A stretch of 33,803 bases of DNA from Paraphysomonas bandaiensis (GCA_965644295.1 CBFFRP010000350.1:1-33803); one strand, 5' to 3'. Shown: positions 10,899 through 21,607, numbered from the stretch's first letter. Notes: generated from the sequence alone by a model not told the origin. A program made the numbers and translations.

Positions 10899-12715
10899 AT
10901 GGGCAACCAAACAAGCTCTCCAAAACAGCAGCAACCACCTCCCACTCCGCGACCCCCTCGCCGCCCAAACTACTCCATGAACTGGAACTCGCGGGTCATT
11001 GGTATGGAGCGTGCGAAGCGATGTCTGGACGCCACACTAAGCTTGCCAGCCAAATTTCCAACTTTTTGCCAACGGGTACCTCCCGTGCGATCAGTTCTCC
11101 TGTGGGGTCCTCCTGGCACAGGTTTACGCTTTACACTCTCACCGACAACACTTTAAAACCTTCAATGGCAGGTAAAACAATGCTGGCGAAAGCATTCGCA
11201 GAAGGAACGGGATTTGAATTCGTAATTATCAATCCAGGAAACACCATGAATGCATACTGGGGAGAAACGCCTACGCGAATTAAGCGAATTTTTGATGCTG
11301 CCCTTCGCACTCCCACTGTGATATTCATTGATGAATTGGATGCATTTGGATCGAATCGACGCGGTGGCCAAACCAACAGCACCTTTATGCTCCAGATTCT
11401 GACTCAGCTTTTACAGAGCATGCAAGATCTTGTGGACGCAGAAAATTGCAAGAGTGTGTTAATTGGTTGCACGAACTTAGTTTGTGAATTGGATGATGCT
11501 ATCCGACGGCGCTTCACCTCACTTATATTTTGTGATTTGCCCAATGCACAGGAGCGCTGTGAACTGATGAAGACGAATATTCCCGCAGTCGAACGAGATG
11601 TTTCACTAACGGATGATTTCTTGCTGAGGCTCGCAGAGAAAATGGAACTATTTTCTGGATCTGATATTAAACGGTTCGTTAATTATGCTCGCGAGGCTCC
11701 ACAAATAGAAATCCAAAGTGCCACGCATTTTAGACGCAACAATGACAACAAATGGGAACCTTGCTCTCCCACTGATCATGGAGCTGAAGAGATGACGTTG
11801 CAACGAATGGGACACGATGAATTGAACGTCCGCCGCCGGGTGACCAGTGCAGATTTTGAGCGTGTCTTGGAGTCATGCCTACCGACGCTCACTCAGAGTA
11901 AGTATGGCGTTTATTTGAAGGAATTGGGAGAAATTGGTGGTGGAGATCTCTCTCGTCGAGTGGGTCAAGTCCAAGATACCGTACAAGCATATAATCCGTC
12001 CAGAAAGGAAGCTGAAATTGATCGCATCTTTTTCAGTCGTGATTTACCAAGTTTGAGTGCTGGACAGATTATCCAAGAAGCCTCGGCTTCAATCTCAGAT
12101 CCACTAAAACAGGTGGAATGTGTGCAGAAATTTATTGTTTTTTCTGCGGATACTACTTCGGAGAGTCATAAGGTTTGCAAACAGATCGGACTATTGGTAA
12201 TGATTCTGCTTTGGATCTTCTCCTTTATTCCGCAGTTTATATGGATCGTGGCCACTCTCGTGAGCTTGCTTGTGCTCGCAAATGTTGTGATTATTCCATT
12301 GAAGTTTTGGTACATATCCATGCACAGTGGTGCGAACACAGACATGCTGACTTCGCAGCTGGAAACCGCGAAGGAGTACCTTTTCATTTTCCTCATTTCT
12401 GGAGTATTATGCGTGTTCAACTTTGTGCACATCACATATTTCCTTCTCATTGACGTTTTAGTCCTAACTTGGATATTTCATTCAATTCAGACGACCGTGG
12501 TGGCCATTGCTGGGTTCATGATGTTTGCATCTAGGCAGGATGTGAAGGCCAGGTGCAATTATGTGAAACGTTTTGTGGAGCAGGGACACTCATTTGCACC
12601 GTGTGATGTGCATGCAGTCAATGCCACTGGGACAGGTTCACCTGTTGCGATGGTGGGTTTGGCTATGGAGCAGGAAGCGGAAATTGGTGATGAGACAAAG
12701 AATGGAGATGCTTGA
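10899..12715 (+). CDS. Vps4-family AAA+ ATPase lacking MIT domain, with N-myristoylation motif and C-terminal transmembrane region (588 aa)
   Basis: Exons 10899-11121 and 11172-12715; the 50-nt GT-AG intron splits Walker A GPPGTG/KT. Walker B IFIDE, sensor-1 TN, arginine finger LDDAIRRRF, Vps4 beta domain IQSATHF..WEPCSPTDHGAEEMTL. Hydrophobic segments at ~12185-12530. Confidence 0.88.
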
Positions 12716-14165
12716 GGTCCATAATTGTAGTAGTTTCTTCTGGCAAGCTGTATCTATCTGCTGGAAGTTGCGAAGCTATCTGCAGTTTTTTGTATTCTAT
12801 ACAGGCCGTTAGCTGTCCTATTTTAGATAATCTAATAATTATTGCATATGTAATCGAGCTACAAAGTATGTACATTGTAATGTACTTAATAATTTCCTAT
12901 AGTTATTCTGTATCTTGTTATTTAGCTGGCCATCGAGTATACTACAATTTGGCATTATACTACGATTTGGGATACAGAGCATATAATAATAGAAAGCTTC
13001 ACGCAAGAATGACTCGTATTGAGTATGTTTATACTTATACGAGTTATGAGTGTAAGATATATTACTTTCTCACTGTGCCCTATACGCATTGATGTAAATG
13101 AGGATGATGTTATGAAGTCTGTCAATCATTGTCGCCTACATATTGTGTAATTTGATTTCCACGAACTTACATTATTAGGTTAGTAAGTGCTACCTGTGCA
13201 ACACTCTGCGGAGGATGAATACATCACCCTATCAGTAGAATAGTATGTTGATATTTTATAGAGTGAATGTTTATTTCGAATAATTTTTACATTTATAGGA
13301 TGTGTTAATTTGGTTGGAATAACGTTTATACACCTGTTTTTAAGATAACACCATGAATGAATACTTACTAGGGATTCTCGCAATCGTGGATGGACTCTGC
13401 TAATATGCACGTAAAGTGTAGATCTAGAAACACACAAAGAAAATACCGAGATTTGAATAAAAATTTATGCATTGCTTATCTTAATCGGCACGATCACTTT
13501 AATAGGGCACGCTCTCGGAACGGGGCGATATCTGTTCAGCATGTGTTGTTGAGCCTGTCTAAGGCAGTTGTAGACGCATAATACCTTATTGGGAGAACCT
13601 TACAGGATGACCACTGAGCACACCTTCTGCAAAATAACGGCTCAAGCAGTATCTCATCCGATCCCTCTTCCACTTCACTGTCTCTTCTGATGGTAATAGC
13701 CACACACATGAATCAGTTGTATCAAGCGGTTAAAAGTCATCGTACTGGTCTTGCACAGCATGAAGCTTGCGGTACAGTGAAGTCATGTCAGTCCATTAAC
13801 GACTCCATCAATCGTCCTTTGTTTTAATCTGCAGGTTGGGTCATAATTTCACCCCACAATAGACTGTCTGTGTGTCTATATATGGTCACATGACCCTCAC
13901 ATCTAACACACATACTCCTGCAGTATACAGCAACCGTATATACAAAATACGTACTCAGACTGACAGGACGTAGTTGTACACAGGAGTGTATTCTATTCTG
14001 CTCTCGTATAAGAGTACATACGACATACAGCAGCACCAGCAGGACGAGTACATACAAGACCCTGTACGTCATGTGTGTATGCTTATAATATTTAAGTAGT
14101 TGCCAGGGACACGGGCTTACTGTATAACTTGTTTTATATATAGCCTTTTTCGCGAAGGTTAAAGT

Positions 14166-15461
14166 ATGGACGTTGCAATGCCATCTCTACAGGATACTGG
14201 CCTGCGCAGGTAGGAGAGTAATGCCATATATACATCTCTCTCTGAGCTTTAGTTTCAGTTATTATATTAACAAAATAGAAGAAATGCAAATACTCATATC
14301 GGAAAAAACTCAAAATCTTGAACGTTTGAAGGCACAGAGAAATGAGTTGAATCACAAAGTGCGGATGATACGTGAGGAGTTGACTGAACTCCATGAGCCG
14401 GGGTCATATGTCGGCGAAGTGGTCAAGCCAATGGGAAAGCTGAAAGTGTTAGTTAAATGCAGCCCCGATGGAAAGTATGTGGTGGATTTAGACAAGGATA
14501 TCGATGTTAACAAGTGTACTCCTAATACACGGGTAGCCCTGAGATCCGACTCTTACACACTGCATAAAATTTTGCCAACGAAAGTCGACCCACTCGTGTC
14601 ACTCATGAAGGTGCTGTATGAAAGTTGTATAACCTATTATTATAATATACTATACAGGTAGAAAAGGTTCCTGATTCTACTTACGATATGGTTGGTGGTT
14701 TGGATAAGCAGATTCAGGAGATAAAAGAGGTAATTGAACTTCCTATCAAACACCCGGAGTTGTTCGAAGCACTCGGTGTAGCCCAACCTAAGGGTGTGCT
14801 GTTGTACGGTCCACCTGGAACTGGGAAAACCCTCCTTGCTAGAGCTGTGGCACATCACACGGACTGTACATTTATCCGTGTGTCCGGGGCAGAGCTCGTA
14901 CAGAAGTATATTGGTGAGGGATCACGAATGGTTCGTGAGCTCTTCGTGATGGCTCGTGAGGCCGCCCCTACAATCATATTTATGGATGAAATCGATTCCA
15001 TCGGCAGCTCGAGAGTAGAAGGGTCTCAAGGAGGCGACAGTGAAGTACAGCGCACTATGTTGGAGCTCCTAGCTCAGCTTGATGGCTTCGAGGCAACACA
15101 GAACATCAAGGTCATCATGGCAACCAACCGAATCGACATACTCGATAGTGCCTTGTTGAGGCCGGGTCGTATTGATCGAAAGATTGAGTTCCCTAACCCC
15201 ACGACGGCTTCAAGAGCGGATATTATTGGTATCCACAGTCGCAGAATGAATCTTCTTAGAGGGATTGATTTGAATAAGATTGCTGAGATGATGAATAACG
15301 CGTCAGGCGCAGAGTGCAAGGCCATTTGTACCGAGGCAGGGATGTTTGCACTTCGCGAAAGAAGGATTCACGTCACGCAGGAGGATTTTGAAATGGCAGT
15401 TGGTAAGGTCATGAAGAAGGATGCTGACCAGAATACATCAATGGTTATGCTGTGGAAATAG
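14166..15461 (+). CDS. PSMC5: 26S proteasome regulatory ATPase Rpt6 (3 exons)
   Basis: Exons 14166-14209, 14259-14610, 14658-15461. Motifs [63 protein letters not shown], and C-terminal LWK. Confidence 0.98.
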
Positions 15462-15963
15462 ATTTGATTTTCTTACAGGACAGTTGTCTATTATTTTGGG
15501 TGCAAGTAGTGACAGTTAGGTGTTGGTTACGGTGAATTTATCCCAATAAAAGTATAATGGGCTGTATTTGTTGATTGTCCAACAATGAAGTGATAATGTC
15601 CAGTTTCGTTGCACCCTTTTGTAAGCACCATGAAAGTTCATGCAGCATTGCGACTATATATTATATATATAGTATGTGGTCTCTATTCTCTATTATACGT
15701 TTCAACAATACTCCTATAACACCAGCTGTATACATATTCATTTTGTAATCATATCACTTAATAGAATAAAGTATAAAGTAGCGTCAACTTCAGAGACACT
15801 ATATTTGTTTCTAAGTTTCTAATTATTGGTAACGTGTCTACATGGTGGAGCAGCTAAATAACTGCAAGAGGGATGGGTCCTGTTTTCCCGTAAGTAGCAG
15901 TCAATAGATTTTATAGAAGTGAATCAGTGAATCTATTTAGATACTGTATTTTTAGATAAGTAA

Positions 15964-16774
15964 GGAACAGCAGAGCTGTGTACCAAATAATTGATTTTAA
16001 TTGACGAGTTCAATTAATTGGTCGGCAAATTAGAATAGAAATATAACAATTAATGAAATAGATATTAATGAAAAACCGCTGGTTCTACACTTACTAAATG
16101 TGAGAGACCTGCACTAAGTCTATCACCCTACACGTCTACCTCTCCCAAAGGTCATGCACAAGTGGAAGCGCCACGGTGTAGCCTCCGCCAGCTACTTCTT
16201 TGCCCTTTGCCCAGGCCCAACTCGAGGCCCGCGCCATCTCCAGACACGGCGGCGCCCCAATCCACCCCCTCGCCCATGTTTCTCAGGCTAGGCACACTCG
16301 ACTCACGACTCAATAATTCAGAATCCTGTGCCTCCACAAAGTCCTGCAGAGCCCTATCCCATTGGACTCCCCCCTGACTAATGACTAACCCCCATCTGCA
16401 CTTCCCGGACTTACGTTTAACGAGGGCTTCTCCCTCACATACAAGAACGGAAGTGGTCGCACATATACACAAACCGCATTCGTAGCGTTATATAGTAGGA
16501 TATGAGAATTTGTACTAACTAGTTACAGGTAGAAGTCTATCTACTTGACTAGTTTTCATTTTTCATCTAGCCTTACCTTGTGCTGATTCTCGACTCCTAT
16601 TGCTAATAATAAGACTGCCATATATAGGGAACAGCAGAACTGTGTACCAAATAATTGATTTTAATAATTGATTTTAATTGACGAGTTCAATTAATTGGTC
16701 GGCAAATAATAATAGTAATAATAATTAATAAAATATGCATTAATTAATTGACAATTAAATTTTACCCACCCCTG
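15964..16774. mobile_element. hAT-like non-autonomous element with duplicated left end and GC-rich internal segment
   Basis: Direct repeat 15964-16030 / 16628-16707. The left terminus CAGAGCTGTGTACCAAATAATTG pairs imperfectly with the right terminus (reverse complement CAGGGGTGGGTAAAATTTAATTG, ending 16774). Flanking 8-mers are AGGAACAG and AGAAACAG. Confidence 0.6.
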
Positions 16775-16849
16775 AGAAACAGGGACTACTCGAGCATAAA
16801 ATTCTCTAATCAAAACTTTTCAGTAATACGAAATTCAACAACACAGAGC

Positions 16850-17494
16850 TCAAGATTCGAAAGGGTAGCTGATGGCATTCCATGGGTGAAAGCCAGTCAT
16901 ATCGTTATGATAACACAGCTGTGGACTGTCTAAATGTATATGTTCACTTGGCAAGGCATTACCAATTGCCTTTAGAATAGTTTCTTTTACATTTTGAGAA
17001 GTGGAGTCGGACATAGATTTGTATTGATATGCAAGAGTAATATGAAATTCTCGGGGTTTTCTGTTTGAAAAAAATGGGAGAAAGCTTGTGAGGCCATACT
17101 GTTCTGCTAATTCGCAAATACTTCTTTCATGAGATTCATCAATAGTTCCCATTAAGAAAATGGCCGACGACACTAGTATATATTTGACGGAAAATACTGG
17201 CTTAATATTCTGCTGATCCACGCTGGCTTTAAGGTGCTGATAAAACTCCATATTCTTGTAAACAAACTCTTCCCAGCTTTCCGAATCGTTGAGATTACTT
17301 TTGTTATGAAGCATTGTGGTGGTCATGTGGTAACTATCCAAAGGCAAGGGTGAATAATAATTAGATATAAGCTCTGATTTAGCTAATGCATCATATACTG
17401 TCTGTAGAGATGAGAGGACCGCTCGGTCCACACATGAGACAATAGTAAACCCCTCAAAGCGACAGTAGTTGCCAGAGGTATCCACCTTTGCCAT
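16850..17494 (-). CDS. DUF1868-like 2H phosphoesterase
   Basis: Intronless. N-terminal KVDTSGNYCRFEGFTIVS, two HxT catalytic motifs (LPLDSYHMTT and FHITLAYQY), C-terminal LCYHNDMTGFHP. Confidence 0.8.
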   Translation of the reverse strand: MAKVDTSGNYCRFEGFTIVSCVDRAVLSSLQTVYDALAKSELISNYYSPLPLDSYHMTTTMLHNKSNLNDSESWEEFVYKNMEFYQHLKASVDQQNIKPVFSVKYILVSSAIFLMGTIDESHERSICELAEQYGLTSFLPFFSNRKPREFHITLAYQYKSMSDSTSQNVKETILKAIGNALPSEHIHLDSPQLCYHNDMTGFHPWNAISYPFES

Positions 17495-17639
17495 TTTTCG
17501 TTTCAATAGTCTTTTGAACTACCCCTTTTCAAGTACTGTACGTCCTGTCGAGCTATATCTGTGCTTATCTGCTGTCTGTCTGTGCATCAAACACCCACCC
17601 GTCCACTGCACATATTTACTATATGTATCTGTATTTCCA

Positions 17640-17679
17640 CGTATCGGCATCCTTTTTGCGTATATTTTTGTTCAAAGAT
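17640..17679 (+). mobile_element. MITE-like family A, truncated left end
   Basis: CGTATCGGCATCCTTTTTGCGTATATTTTTGTTCAAAGAT matches 10503-10538. No right end found. Confidence 0.65.
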
Positions 17680-17962
17680 TCCTTTCTGCGGAAATGTCTA
17701 CGAACTTATCAAGTACACACAGTGCGTCTTTATAGGAAATATCTACAGCAGATAGCAGTACACGGCAGGTATGTACTGCTGCACATGTACTGCAGTATGC
17801 AATTTGTGTGGAAGCAAAAAAGTACACTTTTCTGATATGTAGAGCATAGTTTTGGAAGTCATCTTCAGTCTTCAGTCTTCCGCTTATAAGATAGCACACA
17901 CACAAGATGTTCGAGCTTGACACTTATATCCATATTGATAGTTAATACACATCATCAGCACA

Positions 17963-19609
17963 ATGAAGGAGGAGAGAAGTAAGAAACACAAATCAAAATC
18001 CGATAAAAAGGAAAAGAAATCTAAGCATTCGAAAGAAAAGAAGCACAAGAAGTCCCACAAGAAGCGAGGCCATGATGACGACTCCATAGACTCGGCCGAT
18101 CACGATACCATATCATCTGAAGACTACTTTCTAAAGAGCGAAGAGTTTCGTGTATGGTTGAAGCTAGACAGGAAGAAGTATACTAACTGTACACATATAC
18201 CTCTGTCAAGATTCTTATACATGCATTGTTAAACAGGTCATTCGAAGACATCGATTCAGCACTCTCTCACAAACTGTTTGAGGATTTCTGCAAACTTTGG
18301 AATGAATCTAGGTTGCCCGATATGTATTATTCAGGTAGCTTAAGTTGTGGTGTAAGAAAGCCAATATAAATGCAAAGTAGGAATCCCTCCTGAAATAAGA
18401 CAGGAATGCATGAAAACAAAGCACAAGTACGTGATGATACATAATACGAATGACACTCATATTTTTAATAGTTGGGGGCTGAAACTTTCTTCATCTGAAA
18501 AAGCAGAGGTGAAACCTCGTGCCCATTGGTCATTGAAATGAGATATATGTTTAGGTATCGGACCTTGCGGACAGAGTTGATATACACACGAGAAAACGAT
18601 TCGACGTAAGCTAATAATATGCATAACATCTTGCTTTTTACGAGTATATGTATATACGAATATTGTAGAACGCATGGAATCATATGGCAGCACCAAAAGA
18701 AGACGATAAACCCCGTGGCAATAATTCCAGTAGCAAGCGCCCATCAAGAGATGCATATGACAGGTTTTATACACTACTCTTCCGCTCCAAAATTTAAGAT
18801 GTTCGTGTAGAGAGGAGGAGAGGGAGAAAGCAAGCAAATACAGAAAGATGGAGAGGCGGAATGAAAGGTAACAACATACCGCAAGATGATTAATTTCCTT
18901 GAGAGTGTAGAGTATTGAGTTTATAATTTCCCTATGTACAGAGAAAGAGTCTCTGTGGTGCTAGATGAAGTTGCCCCCAAAGAAACGGGTAAGTAGACCA
19001 ACGTTTTTGTGATATTTGTAATCTGTGCAGGCCGTGAGGCGCTGATTGATAAGAGGAGGGAGGCTGGAAGTCGTATGAGAGCCGCAGCGATGGACAAGGA
19101 AGATGGGCAAGTAAGGATCTGAAATACCCACTCATGTTGCTACTACTTCACATTACGTTGCTTTGTATTCGAGATGTGTTCATAATAGTCTTGCATATTA
19201 ATCGAATTTTACAAAATTAAACTCTATTCTGTTCAGGACGGACTTAACATGCGTGAGAGCGATGTTATGGGTGGTGGGGATGACTTCGCCAGGCAAGTTT
19301 TAACGTACATTAGCATGCAAAACTGACCAGCATATATCAGTGTGAAAGCCCGTATAGAGCGTGGCAGAGAAAGAAGGGAAGAAAAGAAAACAGAACGCTT
19401 AAGGTTTAGTTTGATTTACTGTATTGTGTTATGCGTAATCTGTCTGAACCAAAGAGAGCTACAAGAAAAAGAACGTGAGCGCCAGACGAATTTTTTGAAT
19501 CAGTTGGGATTGGATAAGGTTTCAGGTATTTCGAAGTCTGTGTTGCTGTATACATATGATTTGGATTAATCTTTTAGGGCCGATTAGGATTGCGCCAAGG
19601 GAAGACTGA
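17963..19609 (+). CDS. Lys/Glu/Arg-rich protein with SCI1 (style cell-cycle inhibitor 1)-like domain, many small exons
   Basis: Lys/His-rich N-terminus, then ISSEDYFLKSEEFRVWLK..SFEDI..LFEDFCKLWNESRLPDMYYSG..TKHNWGLK, LDEVAPKETGREALIDKRRE, ending GPIRIAPRED*. More than 10 short introns, including one GC-AG. Confidence 0.7.
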
Positions 19610-20199
19610 AGTATGTGTGGTATATACCTATTAGGTTAGAGGTTTATTAGTATTTTTACTCTTGATAATGGCTAAGTTCTACTGCCAACCATATTTGTGA
19701 ACTTTCAGTCATCCAATCTCGTCGTGCTACTTTGGTCTTCATAGGATTGTAAGAACTGAGAACTAATGAACATCTTTTCTTGTAGAATAGGGTTGAACCT
19801 CGTTATATTGAACTACCAACCGCTAACATATTAAATGAAGCTTGTAGTAGTGCAGTATTGCCTGAATCCCTGAATTACGTTAAGACAGTTATAGTAAAAT
19901 TACTATGTTGTTATTATGTTGTAGCACTGTGATTTAGGTCAGGCAATACTGCAACTACAAGCTTAATTTAATACGTTAATCTATCAAAGAATTTGTTGCG
20001 CGTGTTCGTACTAAGTTTGAGAAGTTAGAGTGCAAGCAGTATTCCATCATCTATTACTTTATATTCACCTGTTTCATTATAATTTTTTGTATTTCACTGT
20101 ATCTGCACATTTATTTATTATTTGTGGTATCAATTAACAGTTATAATACAGATCACCACTGCATCGATCTCTATGGTAATATCTTACAAAGGTTTACTG

Positions 20200-21213
20200 C
20201 TAGAATGAAAATTTAATGTTTTCATCAATGAGTCCGTGTTGTTTCATTTTCACCCATATTTCTGGAGGTATGGAATCGTCAATCATTTTGCAATTATCAC
20301 GCATTTGCTCGGCAGAGCTAGCATTTAAAGCAACACAAACAATACCTCGAAACAAGAAAGAAAATTGGACGCACACATGTGCCGGATCAATCCCTTCAGC
20401 AGCACATAAGTCAAAAAAACGTTTCCTCCATGAAAAAAGCTGTGCATGTGTCGAGGGTGACACCTCTTTGTAATTAAAATAACTTCCTCCCACTAGGAAT
20501 CCAGCATTAAAAACAGCTGCATTAATAATAGGAATGCCACGAGAATATGCAAAATCAATAAAATTTCGAGTTGGAACGGGGTGAACCAAAGGTGTCAAAC
20601 TACATGCTAGCATTATCCAATCTAACTGAAAATGAGCACATACATATTCTATTACTTTGAAATCCTTCGCTCCTATTCCAACTGATATGACTTTACCTTG
20701 TGTTTTTAGTTCTTCCAGAGCTGCATAAGCAGATAGTAAATTTCGACGACGTTGCTCAAGAACAACAACATCGCCCTCTGCACCCAGTAAATATTCATCG
20801 GGGTCGTGAACAGATACGATATCCGCCGTGTAGTGTCTAAGAAGCTGATTTCCTTGCTCAAAGCACTCCATCATGCCTGCATAGGATATATCTTGCACAG
20901 CATCATATTCCAGATTTATCCATACGCCGCATTCAAATGTTGGGCACGATCCTTTAAGAGGAACTCGTTTCCATCCCAATTTATTGGATATGTGGACTTT
21001 GTATGGGTCAATTTGAAGTTCAAAGAGAATAGCACCTAAATTTTGTAGAGCTAAACCAGCTCCATACTTTCCAGCTGTATCAAAAGTTATTGTTGAAGAG
21101 CCATTATAGTTTTGTAGTGCTGCTTCAACAATTTCCTTTTTGGTTTCATGTGGGAGCTCTTCGTACAGGTTTCCCAGACTTGATGTCCCGAAAATAATAT
21201 TAGGGATCACCAT
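20200..21213 (-). CDS. aldo/keto reductase, D-threo-aldose 1-dehydrogenase (L-fucose dehydrogenase)-like
   Basis: Intronless. IIFGTSSLGNLY, FDTAGKYGAGLA (catalytic D/Y), ISNKLG (K), VSVHDPDEYL (H), LKTQGKVISVGIG, INAAVFNAGFL. Confidence 0.9.
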   Translation of the reverse strand: MVIPNIIFGTSSLGNLYEELPHETKKEIVEAALQNYNGSSTITFDTAGKYGAGLALQNLGAILFELQIDPYKVHISNKLGWKRVPLKGSCPTFECGVWINLEYDAVQDISYAGMMECFEQGNQLLRHYTADIVSVHDPDEYLLGAEGDVVVLEQRRRNLLSAYAALEELKTQGKVISVGIGAKDFKVIEYVCAHFQLDWIMLACSLTPLVHPVPTRNFIDFAYSRGIPIINAAVFNAGFLVGGSYFNYKEVSPSTHAQLFSWRKRFFDLCAAEGIDPAHVCVQFSFLFRGIVCVALNASSAEQMRDNCKMIDDSIPPEIWVKMKQHGLIDENIKFSF

Positions 21214-21457
21214 ACACAATACTCTGAATAGTTATGAGGGAACTGTGATTGCACGAACAACACTGTCAGGTCTCATGTAAGAGGGGTGTCGTTTCATTTC
21301 ACCATGGTGAGAGACACGAGAGTAGTAAGACCAACTCAATGCTCCGCCTCTCTGAACAGCAGCTGCCCCATGTGCGTGGTATTCCCTGTACTGCTGCATG
21401 CTGTATACCGTACCGGTATACACACAATACGCACCTAGCGGCATGTACGAGTAACAC

Positions 21458-21607
21458 CATATCGGCAGTCAGCATGTTATTTTTCGTAAATAGATTGAGG
21501 CAAATATTCTCTATATTACTGCGATAGAACTACGGCTATAATACAGAAAATTATTGTCTCAATATTTGAGGCATCTTTGAACAAAAATAAATAAGGATGC
21601 CGATACG
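21458..21607 (-). mobile_element. MITE-like element family A, copy 2
   Basis: CATATCGGCA...TGCCGATACG terminal inverted repeat, flanked by AC on both sides. Homologous to 10503-10650. Confidence 0.75.

Noticed and set aside
10832-11171. N-terminus of the 627-aa ORF (MIRVYQSP...)
   Set aside because: It lacks the first half of Walker A. The alternative frame from ATG 10899 plus a 50-nt GT-AG intron restores GPPGTGKT, so no frameshift or recoding is needed.
12712-13092. 126-aa Tyr/Ile-rich ORF after the Vps4-like gene
   Set aside because: Non-ATG start and AT-rich 3' UTR/intergenic composition.
15964-16745. LTR/TRIM retroelement
   Set aside because: The repeats lack TG..CA ends, PBS and PPT. 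TIR plus 8-bp TSD fits better.
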